Below the pieces are notes generated by a model. That model had not been told where the DNA came from. It saw nothing but the letters and a program-made list of their open reading frames with translations, and did no database searches. Below, piece after piece: positions 19,984 to 28,912 of a stretch of DNA of 45,013 bases. Each line of letters begins with the position of its first letter. Within the stretch, counting starts at the first letter, position 1. Made by a program: the position numbers and the translations under genes. The stretch comes from Oculatellaceae cyanobacterium bins.114. Its GTDB lineage: Bacteria > Cyanobacteriota > Cyanobacteriia > Elainellales > Elainellaceae. Where the stretch lies: the NCBI GenBank assembly GCA_033764315.1, contig JANRJA010000122.1, positions 1 to 45,013 of the forward strand, in the 5' to 3' direction.

Positions 19984-20934
19984 ATGACCTCACTTCCCAA
20001 GCTTCCGGTGTCTGTCCTCATCCCTGCTAAAAACGAAGAGGCAAATTTGCCCGCGTGTCTTGCTAGTGTGTCTAGAGCAGATGAGGTATTTGTTGTTGAT
20101 TCTCAAAGTAGCGATCGCTCGGTTGAAATCGCCGAGAGTCATGGGGCTAAGGTCGTTCAGTTTCATTTCAACGGTCGTTGGCCTAAAAAGAAAAACTGGT
20201 CACTCGAAAATCTTCCCTTCCGCAACGAATGGGTCTTGATTGTCGATTGTGATGAGCGCATTACTCCTGAATCGTGGGATGAAATTGCTGAAGCCATCCA
20301 AAACCCTGAATTCAACGGCTACTACATCAACCGTCGGGTTTACTTTTTGGGCACCTGGATTCGGCATGGGGGCAAATACCCCGACTGGAACCTGCGTCTG
20401 TTCCGCCATCAAAAAGGACGCTACGAAAACCTCAACACCGAAGAGATCCGCAACACAGGCGACAACGAAGTGCATGAACACGTCGTCTTAGAGGGCAAGG
20501 TTGGCTACCTCCAGAAAGATATGGATCACATCGACTTCCGCGATCTCTATCACTGGCTTGAGCGACACAACCGCTACTCCAACTGGGAAGCCAAAATCTA
20601 TTACAACTTGCTCACAGGGATGGGCGAAGGCGGCACGATTGGTGCCAACTTGTTTGGCGATTCCGTCCAGCGCAAACGATTCCTCAAAAAGATTTGGGTT
20701 CGTCTGCCCTTTAAACCCTTCATTCGATTTGTGTTGTTCTACTTCATTCGGTTGGGCTTTTTGGATGGCAAAGCAGGCTACATCTACGGACGTTTGCTGA
20801 GCCAATATGAATATCAGATCGGTGTGAAACTATTTGAATTGCGGCAGTTTGGCGGACAGTTGAATGTGACTGCTGCTCCACCGACTCCACCCCCTCCGTC
20901 TACTCCCCAACCTGACCCAGTGAAAACGGTTTAG
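19984..20934 (+). CDS. Glycosyltransferase family 2 (beta-1,4-glucosyltransferase-like)
   Basis: IPAKNEE, VVDSQSSD, VDCDE, EVHEH. Confidence 0.9.
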   Translation: MTSLPKLPVSVLIPAKNEEANLPACLASVSRADEVFVVDSQSSDRSVEIAESHGAKVVQFHFNGRWPKKKNWSLENLPFRNEWVLIVDCDERITPESWDEIAEAIQNPEFNGYYINRRVYFLGTWIRHGGKYPDWNLRLFRHQKGRYENLNTEEIRNTGDNEVHEHVVLEGKVGYLQKDMDHIDFRDLYHWLERHNRYSNWEAKIYYNLLTGMGEGGTIGANLFGDSVQRKRFLKKIWVRLPFKPFIRFVLFYFIRLGFLDGKAGYIYGRLLSQYEYQIGVKLFELRQFGGQLNVTAAPPTPPPPSTPQPDPVKTV

Positions 20935-20942
20935 CCACTGGT

Positions 20943-20975
20943 AGAAGTCGGAGGTTTCTGAAACGTCCGACTTCT
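20943..20975. repeat. Intergenic hairpin
   Basis: AGAAGTCGGA...TCCGACTTCT. Confidence 0.6.
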
Positions 20976-20999
20976 TTAGCTCATTGCTCCACAACCTTT

Positions 21000-21629
21000 A
21001 TGTCCGATTCTATTCCTCCATTTATGGATAGTTCCGCAGATTCTTCAGACATAAACCTCCCTGATAACGAAGCTTGGGTTGATCTGCGGCAATATGACCA
21101 ATCCTGGTTTGACCGGGGGCGATCGGGATGGGTCGTGCTGTTGTGGTGGTTAGTACAGGCGATCGCTTTTCCACTGACACCACACTCTGCCCATGCGCCA
21201 CGTCGGTTTCTGCTCAAGCTATTTGGTGCGCGTTTGGGCAAGGGAGTGGTCATTCGTCCAACGGCTCGGTTTACCTATCCCTGGAAGGTTGAGATTGGCG
21301 ATTATAGCTGGATTGGCGATGATGTCGTGTTTTACAGTCTTGACCAGATTCAAGTGGGTCAACATTGTGTGATTTCTCAAAAGAGCTATCTCTGCACAGG
21401 CAGTCACGATATTCAAGACCCTGCATTTCGGCTCAAAACAGCCCCGATCAAAATCGGCAATGGAGCCTGGATTGCGACGGATTGCTTTGTTGCACCTGGA
21501 GTGGAGATTGGAGCAAACACGGTGGTGGGTGCCCGCAGTAGCGTATTTGGTAGCTTGCCCTCAGGACAGGTGTGTAAAGGCACGCCCTGTCGTCCCTGCG
21601 GTGTCCGCAAGATGAAGGGTCAAGCATAG
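21000..21629 (+). CDS. WcaF-like hexapeptide-repeat polysaccharide acetyltransferase
   Basis: YPWKVEIGDYSWIG, ISQKSYLCTGSHD, hexapeptide repeats. Confidence 0.88.
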   Translation: MSDSIPPFMDSSADSSDINLPDNEAWVDLRQYDQSWFDRGRSGWVVLLWWLVQAIAFPLTPHSAHAPRRFLLKLFGARLGKGVVIRPTARFTYPWKVEIGDYSWIGDDVVFYSLDQIQVGQHCVISQKSYLCTGSHDIQDPAFRLKTAPIKIGNGAWIATDCFVAPGVEIGANTVVGARSSVFGSLPSGQVCKGTPCRPCGVRKMKGQA

Positions 21630-21727
21630 ATTTTCTGCAATCGTTCTCGTCAGATGTCAGAACTGAATGGTTGCAGGAGTTTACTAGAGCGATCGCTCCG
21701 TTTAAGTAATGCTTTGTATCGGCCTAT

Positions 21728-22117
21728 TTAAAGGCTTTCAAGATATTTCAACAAATCAGCCATCTCTTGAGGGGTTGGCTGAAATTGGGGCATGGGCGGA
21801 GTCTCACCGCTAATGACTTGGTGAATTAAGCCCAAGTTAGATTTGCGGGATGACACATGACGCAAACTAGGGCCAACCTGACCATCGCCATAAATTCCAT
21901 GACAGCTAGAGCAATTCATTTGAAAGATGAACTGCCCTTGTGCCGCGTTACCCGGCAAGGACAGCACACTTTGCACGTACGGGTCAGAATACCGAAATTG
22001 ATGGACGCCAAAAACAACCAGGATGACCGTGAGCAGCACCCCTACGCCAATCAAAACCCATCTCTGAACCGAGACCGTGTTATCTGTAAGCTGATTATCC
22101 AAAAGTTCTCTAGTCAA
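21728..22117 (-). CDS. cytM: Cytochrome cM
   Basis: TM anchor, DPYVQSVLSL, CSSCH heme motif, ISGETPPMPQFQP; real start may be slightly downstream. Confidence 0.85.
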   Translation of the reverse strand: MTRELLDNQLTDNTVSVQRWVLIGVGVLLTVILVVFGVHQFRYSDPYVQSVLSLPGNAAQGQFIFQMNCSSCHGIYGDGQVGPSLRHVSSRKSNLGLIHQVISGETPPMPQFQPTPQEMADLLKYLESL

Positions 22118-22634
22118 AACACAGATGTATATAGCTTTTCAATTTATAACTTAGTTTAAGTTTTTTAGCTCAATGCAAGCAAGTGTAATTCTGTAGGTAG
22201 AGGTGTCAATATCCCTTTATCCTTCAGTTATTCAGGTGTTTAGTGGGGTTTTAGGCTGGAGTTAAAGGCAATGCTGCAATTATGAGAAAAATATAAAAAA
22301 ATTAAATATTATGATGAGATAGTTTTATCAAAGCCAATTTATAAAGTAAATCTTAAACTTTTGTTTATAAATTAGCCTTCAAGCAGGACTTCTGCCTGGA
22401 ATCTTTTGCGTCATGGGAAAACCACTACTGCAAAGCGTCAAGCGGGTGTAGGGCGTTTTGCCAACAAGATTCTATCCTTTGATGTCGATTAGGGCACGAA
22501 CTGGCTAAGCGACCTCGCAGCCAACAGGTCATTTTTCTACTAAAAAACGACTAAACTTGTTTCAACTTGAATTGGGATGCCGTGAAAGGCTGGTAGTTTG
22601 ATAAGATCCTGATAGTGATACGGAGATATGAATT

Positions 22635-22748
22635 GTGGTAGAGCCTTTACTTTCAGGAATTGTTTTGGGATTGATCCCAATTACTTTGGCGGGGCTGTTT
22701 GTGGCTGCCTATCTGCAATATCGCCGCGGCAATCAACTCGGCTTGTAA
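22635..22748 (+). CDS. petG: Cytochrome b6f subunit V (37 aa; absent from the ORF track)
   Basis: Hand translation [40 protein letters not shown] start, GGAGA upstream. Confidence 0.96.
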   Translation: MVEPLLSGIVLGLIPITLAGLFVAAYLQYRRGNQLGL

Positions 22749-22865
22749 TAAATAACTCCCTTTAATAGCAATCTTAAGCGATTCGTGAAATAGAGGGTTT
22801 TGATAAAACAGGGTTTGAACAAAACGCTGTTTTAAAGCTGAAAAATAGGATCCTATACATAGCTC

Positions 22866-22910
22866 AAACCTGATTGGGATGCTGGGTCATCTCAATCAGG
22901 TTTTATTTTT
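22866..22910 (+). terminator. Rho-independent terminator after petG
   Basis: AAACCTGATTGGGATG / CATCTCAATCAGGTTT stem followed by a T-rich tail. Confidence 0.75.
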
Positions 22911-23070
22911 ATCAATGCTTATTTAGAGAGCAACTGAAGAGTTGGTTAGGACGAAGCTCAAACGATGGAACCCCCTTTGGCTTGAGCACTCAAGTCAAAA
23001 ACTGCTCAGGGCGAAGCTCACACACCCTCTTGTATTAACCATCTTGACAGTTGGTGTAGAGCACCAAAAG

Positions 23071-23511
23071 CTAACGAACTAACAATTCGACATGTTGCTT
23101 GAGTTCTCGTGCCATGCGTCTCAACCCCTGCTGCTCATCTTGCCGAATAAAAGGGAGAGCTAAACGAGTCACGAATCCAGAAAACTGTTCTCGATGGGTA
23201 TATTTAGTCCAACCGCGACCGATATCTTGTAACTCAAAGATGTGTTCGTTGCGAAAACCTGGGGCCGTTGAGACCCACTGTAGGCACACATCAGAATGAA
23301 CTTGAGTAATCTTGGCTTGAAACTCAGTCTCGTCTTCTCCGGCCACTCGCTTTAGAGATAATAAGAGCGATCGCCCCCGCTCAAATTGTTGATTGGGCGA
23401 TCGATCAAATAGAAACGTGTTCCACCGTAACCAGTCTTCTTTATGAACCAGAGCCTGCCAGACAACCGCTCTGGGAGCATTTATCTCAATTTCTGTGTAG
23501 ACACTTGGCAT
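23071..23511 (-). CDS. SRPBCC/polyketide-cyclase-like protein
   Basis: TEIEINAPRAVVW...WNTF, EHIFEL, HREQFSG; ATG 23511 preferred over 23553. Confidence 0.8.
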   Translation of the reverse strand: MPSVYTEIEINAPRAVVWQALVHKEDWLRWNTFLFDRSPNQQFERGRSLLLSLKRVAGEDETEFQAKITQVHSDVCLQWVSTAPGFRNEHIFELQDIGRGWTKYTHREQFSGFVTRLALPFIRQDEQQGLRRMARELKQHVELLVR

Positions 23512-23777
23512 AACCGAAACAGAGGGGATGAGGGTCAATGCTGTAGCCCTCATCAGTATGGCAAAAATTGGGGTTCAGTAGCGTTTTTCCATTGACTGGA
23601 GTTACCATCGCACACTTGTAAAGTTTGGTAACGAATGTGTGCTACCCAACAAACCGTATCTAATCGCACAGCGGTTGTCTTTAACTCAACGCAATCTAAA
23701 ATTACAAATCCTGTAAATTACAGCAGGTTCTATTACTTGGGCAATCGGGGCTGAGATCACTCGGTTTCTTGTTTGGG

Positions 23778-23854
23778 TAGACCTAAACAAGTAAGGATGT
23801 ATCCCGCCTGACGGGACATATTCTTACTTCAAAAGTATTGCTTTTAGAGCACTA
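23778..23854. repeat. 77-bp palindromic element, copy 3 (inverted)
   Basis: Reverse complement aligns end to end with 3980-4056. Confidence 0.8.
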
Positions 23855-23973
23855 CCCTGGTTTGAAAAGTGACAGGTCTGTTGGCAGTAGGGCTGTTATA
23901 CAGGTTCCTAATGCAAGCCATTTCGTAAACTGCTGTAGATGCAGGCTAACAATTTGGGTTTCGGTGCTGCTTT

Positions 23974-24651
23974 ATGCGAATTCTGTTAGTTGAAGATGAT
24001 GCCAAGCTGGGGGATGCCCTCTCTGAGGCACTCAGCGACCAACGATATGTGGTAGATGTGGCGCGAGATGGAGAAGCGGGTTGGGAGCAGGTGACTACTC
24101 TGCCTTATGACTTAGTGCTGCTGGATGTCACCCTGCCAAAGCTGGATGGCATGAGCCTGTGCCAGCGTATGCGAATGCAGGGCTATCATTTTCCATTGTT
24201 GATGTTGACAGCGCGTGATACCAGTGCTGATAAAATTGCAGGCTTAGATGCTGGAGCCGATGATTATGTAGTTAAGCCCTTCGATTTGCCAGAATTGCTG
24301 GCACGACTGCGTGCCCTATTACGTCGAGGGGGCACTTCTGGCTCTGTGTCGGTTTCTCAATGGGGCAGCTTGCGATTAAACTCTAGCACGTTTGAAGTTG
24401 CCTATGGCGATCGCCCCCTGCGTTTGACTCCAAAAGAGTTTTCGATTTTGGAACTCCTACTTTCTAATGGTCGCCGTGTTCTTAGCCGAGCCCTGATGAT
24501 CGAGCGAGTCTGGTCTTTGACAGAGCCTCCTGAAGAAGATACGGTCAAAGCTCACATTAAGAGTCTGCGGCAAAAACTTAAAGTTGCTGGTGCTCCAGAT
24601 GATTTCATCGAAACTGTACATGGACTGGGATATCGGCTTAAGCAAGTGTAG
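23974..24651 (+). CDS. OmpR/PhoB-family response regulator (no adjacent kinase)
   Basis: LVEDD, LLDVTLP, GADDYVVKPF, ETVHGLGY. Confidence 0.92.
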   Translation: MRILLVEDDAKLGDALSEALSDQRYVVDVARDGEAGWEQVTTLPYDLVLLDVTLPKLDGMSLCQRMRMQGYHFPLLMLTARDTSADKIAGLDAGADDYVVKPFDLPELLARLRALLRRGGTSGSVSVSQWGSLRLNSSTFEVAYGDRPLRLTPKEFSILELLLSNGRRVLSRALMIERVWSLTEPPEEDTVKAHIKSLRQKLKVAGAPDDFIETVHGLGYRLKQV

Positions 24652-24756
24652 AGTCTGAGGATGCATCAGCAAGGCTATATGGATCAATGAACGGATCGCA
24701 AGGCGGTTAGACCCCACGCTACAATCAAAGCGTGTAATTTTATCTGCTGTCCTGGC

Positions 24757-25692
24757 ATGATATTCATTAATCCTAAAACTGATTTTGCCTTCAAAAAAAT
24801 CTTCGGTTCTGAGCAAAGCCGCGACATATTGATCAGTTTTTTGAATGGCATTCTGTATGCAGGGCAATCTACAATTCAAGATCTAGAAATCCTCAATCCC
24901 TATCAAGCCCCTCGAATTCGAGGTGTGAAGGATACTTATTTGGATGTCAAAGCCCAACTGAGCACGGGTGAAGCCGTGATCATCGAAATGCAGGTATTGA
25001 ATGTGGAGGGGTTTGAGAAGCGAATTCTCTACAATGCGGCTAAAGCCTACTCCATTCAGTTGAGTGCAGGACAGAGTTACCCTTTACTTAATCCAGTGAT
25101 TGCGCTAACAATTACTGATTTTGAGATGTTTCCTGAAATTGATGCGGTCATTTCTCGCTTTGTGCTTAAGGAAAAAGATTATTTAATTGATTATCTAATC
25201 CACGATTTGGAGTTAGTCTTTGTCGAATTACCCAAGTTTCAAAAGCCTTTAGAAGCCCTGACAAGCTTGACAGACAAGTGGATTTATTTTCTTCAAAATG
25301 CTCGTGACTTGAGCGTTGTACCTGACATTATGGGAACAGTCTCTGCAATTCAGCAGGCTTTTGAGATTGCCAATCAGGCAAATTTGACCCGAGAAGAACT
25401 GGAAGAACTGGAGCATCAACTGATTTTTATTCAAGATCAACGGGGAGCCATCACTAAAGCGACCAAGCAGGGACTGCAACAGGGACTCCAAGAAGGATTG
25501 CAACAGGGACTCCAGGAAGGACTGCAACAGGGATTGCAACAGGGATTGCAACAGGGACGAAAAGAGGCACAGCTAGAAACTGCTCGGCGATCGCTCGCTT
25601 TCTTAGACGATGCGGCTATTAGCCAAATTACGGGGCTATCAGTAGAAGAAATTAGTGATTTAAGGAGATCTGATTTCACGGTTAGCGGTTAG
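24757..25692 (+). CDS. Rpn-family PD-(D/E)XK nuclease / putative transposase
   Basis: NPKTDFAFKKIFG, LDVKA...IIEMQ, C-terminal GLQQ repeats, ISQITGLS HTH. Confidence 0.9.
   Translation: MIFINPKTDFAFKKIFGSEQSRDILISFLNGILYAGQSTIQDLEILNPYQAPRIRGVKDTYLDVKAQLSTGEAVIIEMQVLNVEGFEKRILYNAAKAYSIQLSAGQSYPLLNPVIALTITDFEMFPEIDAVISRFVLKEKDYLIDYLIHDLELVFVELPKFQKPLEALTSLTDKWIYFLQNARDLSVVPDIMGTVSAIQQAFEIANQANLTREELEELEHQLIFIQDQRGAITKATKQGLQQGLQEGLQQGLQEGLQQGLQQGLQQGRKEAQLETARRSLAFLDDAAISQITGLSVEEISDLRRSDFTVSG
25468..25560 (+). repeat. 12-bp coding tandem repeat (GLQ[Q/E]) x ~7
   Basis: CAGGGACTGCAA-like units. Confidence 0.9.
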
Positions 25693-25812
25693 GCTACAGA
25701 ATTGAGCCTCTGACTATTAGTTTGATTAGATCGGTGCCTCCGAAAATCAACTTGAACACCACACCTTGGTTCTAACGACTACAGTAAAAGCAGTGATGAA
25801 GAGGAGAACAAT

Positions 25813-26499
25813 ATGTATGTCCTGATTGGGGGTGCAGGTTTAGTGGGGATCAACTTGGCACAAAAGCTGGTTGATCTGGGACATACAGTAGCGATGATTG
25901 ACGTTGACCCCGCTGCCTGTCGTTATGCTCGTGATCAATTAGGAGTCATGGCATTTGAGGGTAGTGCCGTCAGTACAGAAGTGTTGCTAGAGGCAGGTGT
26001 TCGTAAAGCTGATGCCCTAGCGGCGGTGTTGCGAGATGATGCCCTAAATTTAGCAATGGTCACGCTAGCAAAGCACTATGGCGTTTCACAGATCGTGGTG
26101 CGAATGCGACACCGAGATTTTGCAGAGCCATATCGGATTGCCGGAGCAACGATGGTGGTGAATGCGATTGACCTGGCGGTTTCAACAATGGCAAATGTGA
26201 TCGAGTATCCTCAAGTGGAATCGATGATGCATTTTGAACAGGGACAGATCGAAGTGTTAAAGTTAGCCATTCCTGCTAACTGCCCAGTAGTCGGTCGTAG
26301 TGTCGCCCAAATCGCACAAGATCCTCGCTTTCCCAGTGATTCCTTAATCATTGGTTATCAGCACCACTTGCATGACAAGCTCGTGATTCCCAATGGCAAT
26401 ACGGTTTTAGAAACGGGTTCAACCATTTTGTTGGTGACAAGACCTGGCTCAATGCATCAAGTGGTCAGCTTTATTGATGGCTGTGAGGTAAATAGGTAG
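25813..26499 (+). CDS. TrkA-family (RCK N + C) potassium-transport regulatory protein
   Basis: GGAGLVG Rossmann motif and TrkA-C-like tail; GAGGAG upstream. Confidence 0.88.
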   Translation: MYVLIGGAGLVGINLAQKLVDLGHTVAMIDVDPAACRYARDQLGVMAFEGSAVSTEVLLEAGVRKADALAAVLRDDALNLAMVTLAKHYGVSQIVVRMRHRDFAEPYRIAGATMVVNAIDLAVSTMANVIEYPQVESMMHFEQGQIEVLKLAIPANCPVVGRSVAQIAQDPRFPSDSLIIGYQHHLHDKLVIPNGNTVLETGSTILLVTRPGSMHQVVSFIDGCEVNR

Positions 26500-26596
26500 A
26501 ACTTCTGATTCAGCAGAGTTGTGAAATGGCATAGAGCCTGACGATTAAACAAGGCTTTCAACCTGAGACAAACTTTTGTGAGACAGATGAATTGCC

Positions 26597-26965
26597 TTAA
26601 CCAGATTGGAGGATCATCTCAATCACTCTAAGCAGTAGTTCATAGCGGATAGGCTTGAGCAAATATTCATCACAGCCTGCTTGCTTGGCTTTGTTGTAAG
26701 CTTCTGAGCTATCCTCAGCCGTTAAGACAATAATCGGAATGTGTTGGGTAATGGGATTGTTTTTGAGATAAGCGGTTGCTTCAAACCCATCCATAATTGG
26801 CATCATCAAATCCATGAGGATCAAGTCAGGTCGTTCCTCTAGAGCCGTTGCGATCGCTTCTGCCCCACTCATAGCAGTTATAACAGCGTAGTTTCCACGC
26901 TCTAGAAAACAACGAAACAACATTACATTATTTATATTGTCATCTACGACAAGAATTTTAACCAT
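26597..26965 (-). CDS. Single-domain response regulator (DivK/CheY-like)
   Basis: LVVDD, ILMDLMMP, GCDEYLLKP. Confidence 0.88.
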   Translation of the reverse strand: MVKILVVDDNINNVMLFRCFLERGNYAVITAMSGAEAIATALEERPDLILMDLMMPIMDGFEATAYLKNNPITQHIPIIVLTAEDSSEAYNKAKQAGCDEYLLKPIRYELLLRVIEMILQSG

Positions 26966-27190
26966 TTAGGATCATCCTGGATACACGAGTAATGACACTG
27001 TTTCAAGTTCAATTTGAGAGAGACAACTCTAGCAACCAAGGTTTAGCAACTAAGGGACTGGCCAGAACAGGGCGTACCCCAAACCCTTTGATCTCAGCCA
27101 TTTAAACGGTTGCTATATCAGTATGCTCAGAGGAAAACTATTGAACTTTCTATATCTTCTAAAAGTTCTATAAGACCGTTATGAAATTGG

Positions 27191-27209
27191 GATGAGAGAA
27201 GTCTCATGT
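27191..27209. promoter_or_regulatory. Putative regulator box GATGAGA-N4-TCTCATGT, copy 1
   Basis: ATGAGAGAAGTCTCAT inverted repeat; same frame as 28185-28203. Confidence 0.5.
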
Positions 27210-27574
27210 CATTTCAAACGCTCTAAATAAAGTTTTACTCTGTCCAGTAAGATTTGAAATTTGAAGGGTTTCATCAAGAAGTCATTCGCCCCCAATGCCT
27301 TGGCTCGGTCTTGATTACCGTTATCACTTAATGCCGTCACGATGATGATGGGAATGGCATCTCCCTGTTGGCGGAGTTTTTGTAAAACAAACCAACCGTC
27401 TTTAATGGGTAACCCTAAATCAAGCAGTAATAAGTCAAAGGATGGTTGCTCTAGCAATCGCAATGCTTGCTCTCCGTCTTGAACAACCGTTGTTTCATAG
27501 CCATTCTGTTTTAGTCCTTTAGCAATAAATGCAGCCAAACGCGGTTCGTCTTCAGCAATCAAAATCCGATTCAT
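27209..27574 (-). CDS. Single-domain response regulator (OmpR-type receiver only)
   Basis: ILIAEDE, LLDLGLP, DFLMKPF; ends after the receiver domain. Confidence 0.88.
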   Translation of the reverse strand: MNRILIAEDEPRLAAFIAKGLKQNGYETTVVQDGEQALRLLEQPSFDLLLLDLGLPIKDGWFVLQKLRQQGDAIPIIIVTALSDNGNQDRAKALGANDFLMKPFKFQILLDRVKLYLERLK

Positions 27575-27682
27575 AGTAAGTACTTTTGCGTGACGTGCAA
27601 CTAAAATTTCTTCTCATCCCCTAGCCCCTTCTTCCATGAGGTGAGGAGGGGAAATAGCCTTTAGCTCTTCTCCCAAAACGGG

Positions 27683-27857
27683 CTATCCATTACGCAGATC
27701 TCACCCAAACCACCCTCACCCCTTGTGTTCCCCTCTCCCAGAACAGGCGAGGGGAAAGGGTTTCCTGCTCCCCTTCTCCTATTTTGGGAGAAGGGGTTGG
27801 GGGATGAGGGCGAATAGGATCTGGCGGGATTTTCAGAGACTTTTGCGTAATGGATAG
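27683..27857. mobile_element. 175-bp MITE with 14-bp perfect TIRs and a 9-bp target duplication
   Basis: CTATCCATTACGCA...TGCGTAATGGATAG flanked by CAAAACGGG at 27674-27682 and 27858-27866. Confidence 0.9.
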
Positions 27858-28184
27858 CAAAACGGGAGAGGGGTTGGGATGAGGGTGGTTCGGGAAAGTT
27901 GCATATGATGGGGTTACTTTTGCAATAACTGTAGCGTGGTTAACTCAAATGCTTTGACTGGAGGGTTATCTCAGGCTAGTCATGGAGACTGAAATTAAGG
28001 AATTGTGGAGGCAATCCTCTCAGACCGACCAGGATCATAGAGTGAGGTCTTTACAAGAGCATGGATCGATAGATTCAGTGAACGAAGTTGATTGAGGCCA
28101 CTAGGCAACCTCTGCCGTGCATCAGAACAACGAACAACACTTCATCTCTCTTCTCAATTATGGAGAGAAAAGAGAAAAATCGAT

Positions 28185-28203
28185 GATGAGACTTTTCTCA
28201 TGT
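28185..28203. promoter_or_regulatory. Putative regulator box GATGAGA-N4-TCTCATGT, copy 2
   Basis: ATGAGACTTTTCTCAT; CATAAT -10-like hexamer about 20 bp downstream on the minus strand. Confidence 0.5.
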
Positions 28204-28232
28204 TTATTGAAAGACAGAGATCATAGGGATGT

Positions 28233-28904
28233 TTATTTGCTGCGTAATCGATACCCCATGCCCCGTACCGTTTCAATCAGATCGCTGCTGAGCTTCTTGC
28301 GTAGATAGCCAACATACACATCGACGATGTTTGAGCCTGGGTCATAGTTATATCCCCAAACCCGGTCAAGCAACTGTTCTCGACTGAGAACCTGTCCTGG
28401 ATGGCGAAAAAACATCTCTGCTAACAAAAACTCACGGGCAGGGAGTTCGATCCAGGCATCGCTCACTTTGACTTTACGGGTTCGCAAATCGAGTATGGCT
28501 TCACCCACCTGCAACACCATCGACTCTTGGGTGGAAGAGATGGGGCGATCGCGCAGTCGAGCTTTAATTCGCACGAGCAATTCTTCAAAGCGAAAGGGCT
28601 TGGTGAGGTAATCATCGGCTCCTCCCTCAAACCCAGCTACTTTTTGTTGTACGTCGTCACAAGCGGTCAGGATGATGATGGGAATTTGCTCACCTTGTCC
28701 CCGCAGTTCCTCTAGCACCGTCAGTCCGTCCTTTCCCGGTAGCCCCAAATCCAGGATGAGCAAGTCAAACCCACCTCGCATGACGAGATCGATTGTGGTT
28801 TCAGCATCAGGAGCGATCGCTGTCGTAAATCCGTTGGCTTTCAATCCCTTCTCAATAAAGGATGAGATGCGGACTTCATCTTCAGCAATAAGAATGTGAG
28901 GCAT
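28233..28904 (-). CDS. OmpR/PhoB-family response regulator
   Basis: Receiver plus wHTH (SNIVDVYVGYLRKK, ETVRGMGY); ATG 28904 preferred. Confidence 0.92.
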   Translation of the reverse strand: MPHILIAEDEVRISSFIEKGLKANGFTTAIAPDAETTIDLVMRGGFDLLILDLGLPGKDGLTVLEELRGQGEQIPIIILTACDDVQQKVAGFEGGADDYLTKPFRFEELLVRIKARLRDRPISSTQESMVLQVGEAILDLRTRKVKVSDAWIELPAREFLLAEMFFRHPGQVLSREQLLDRVWGYNYDPGSNIVDVYVGYLRKKLSSDLIETVRGMGYRLRSK

Positions 28905-28912
28905 GGCGATTC

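Noticed and set aside
22310..22330. Fur-box-like TGATGAGATAGTTTTATCA upstream of cytM
   Set aside because: Spacing does not fit the 7-1-7 consensus and the region is very AT-rich, so a chance match is likely
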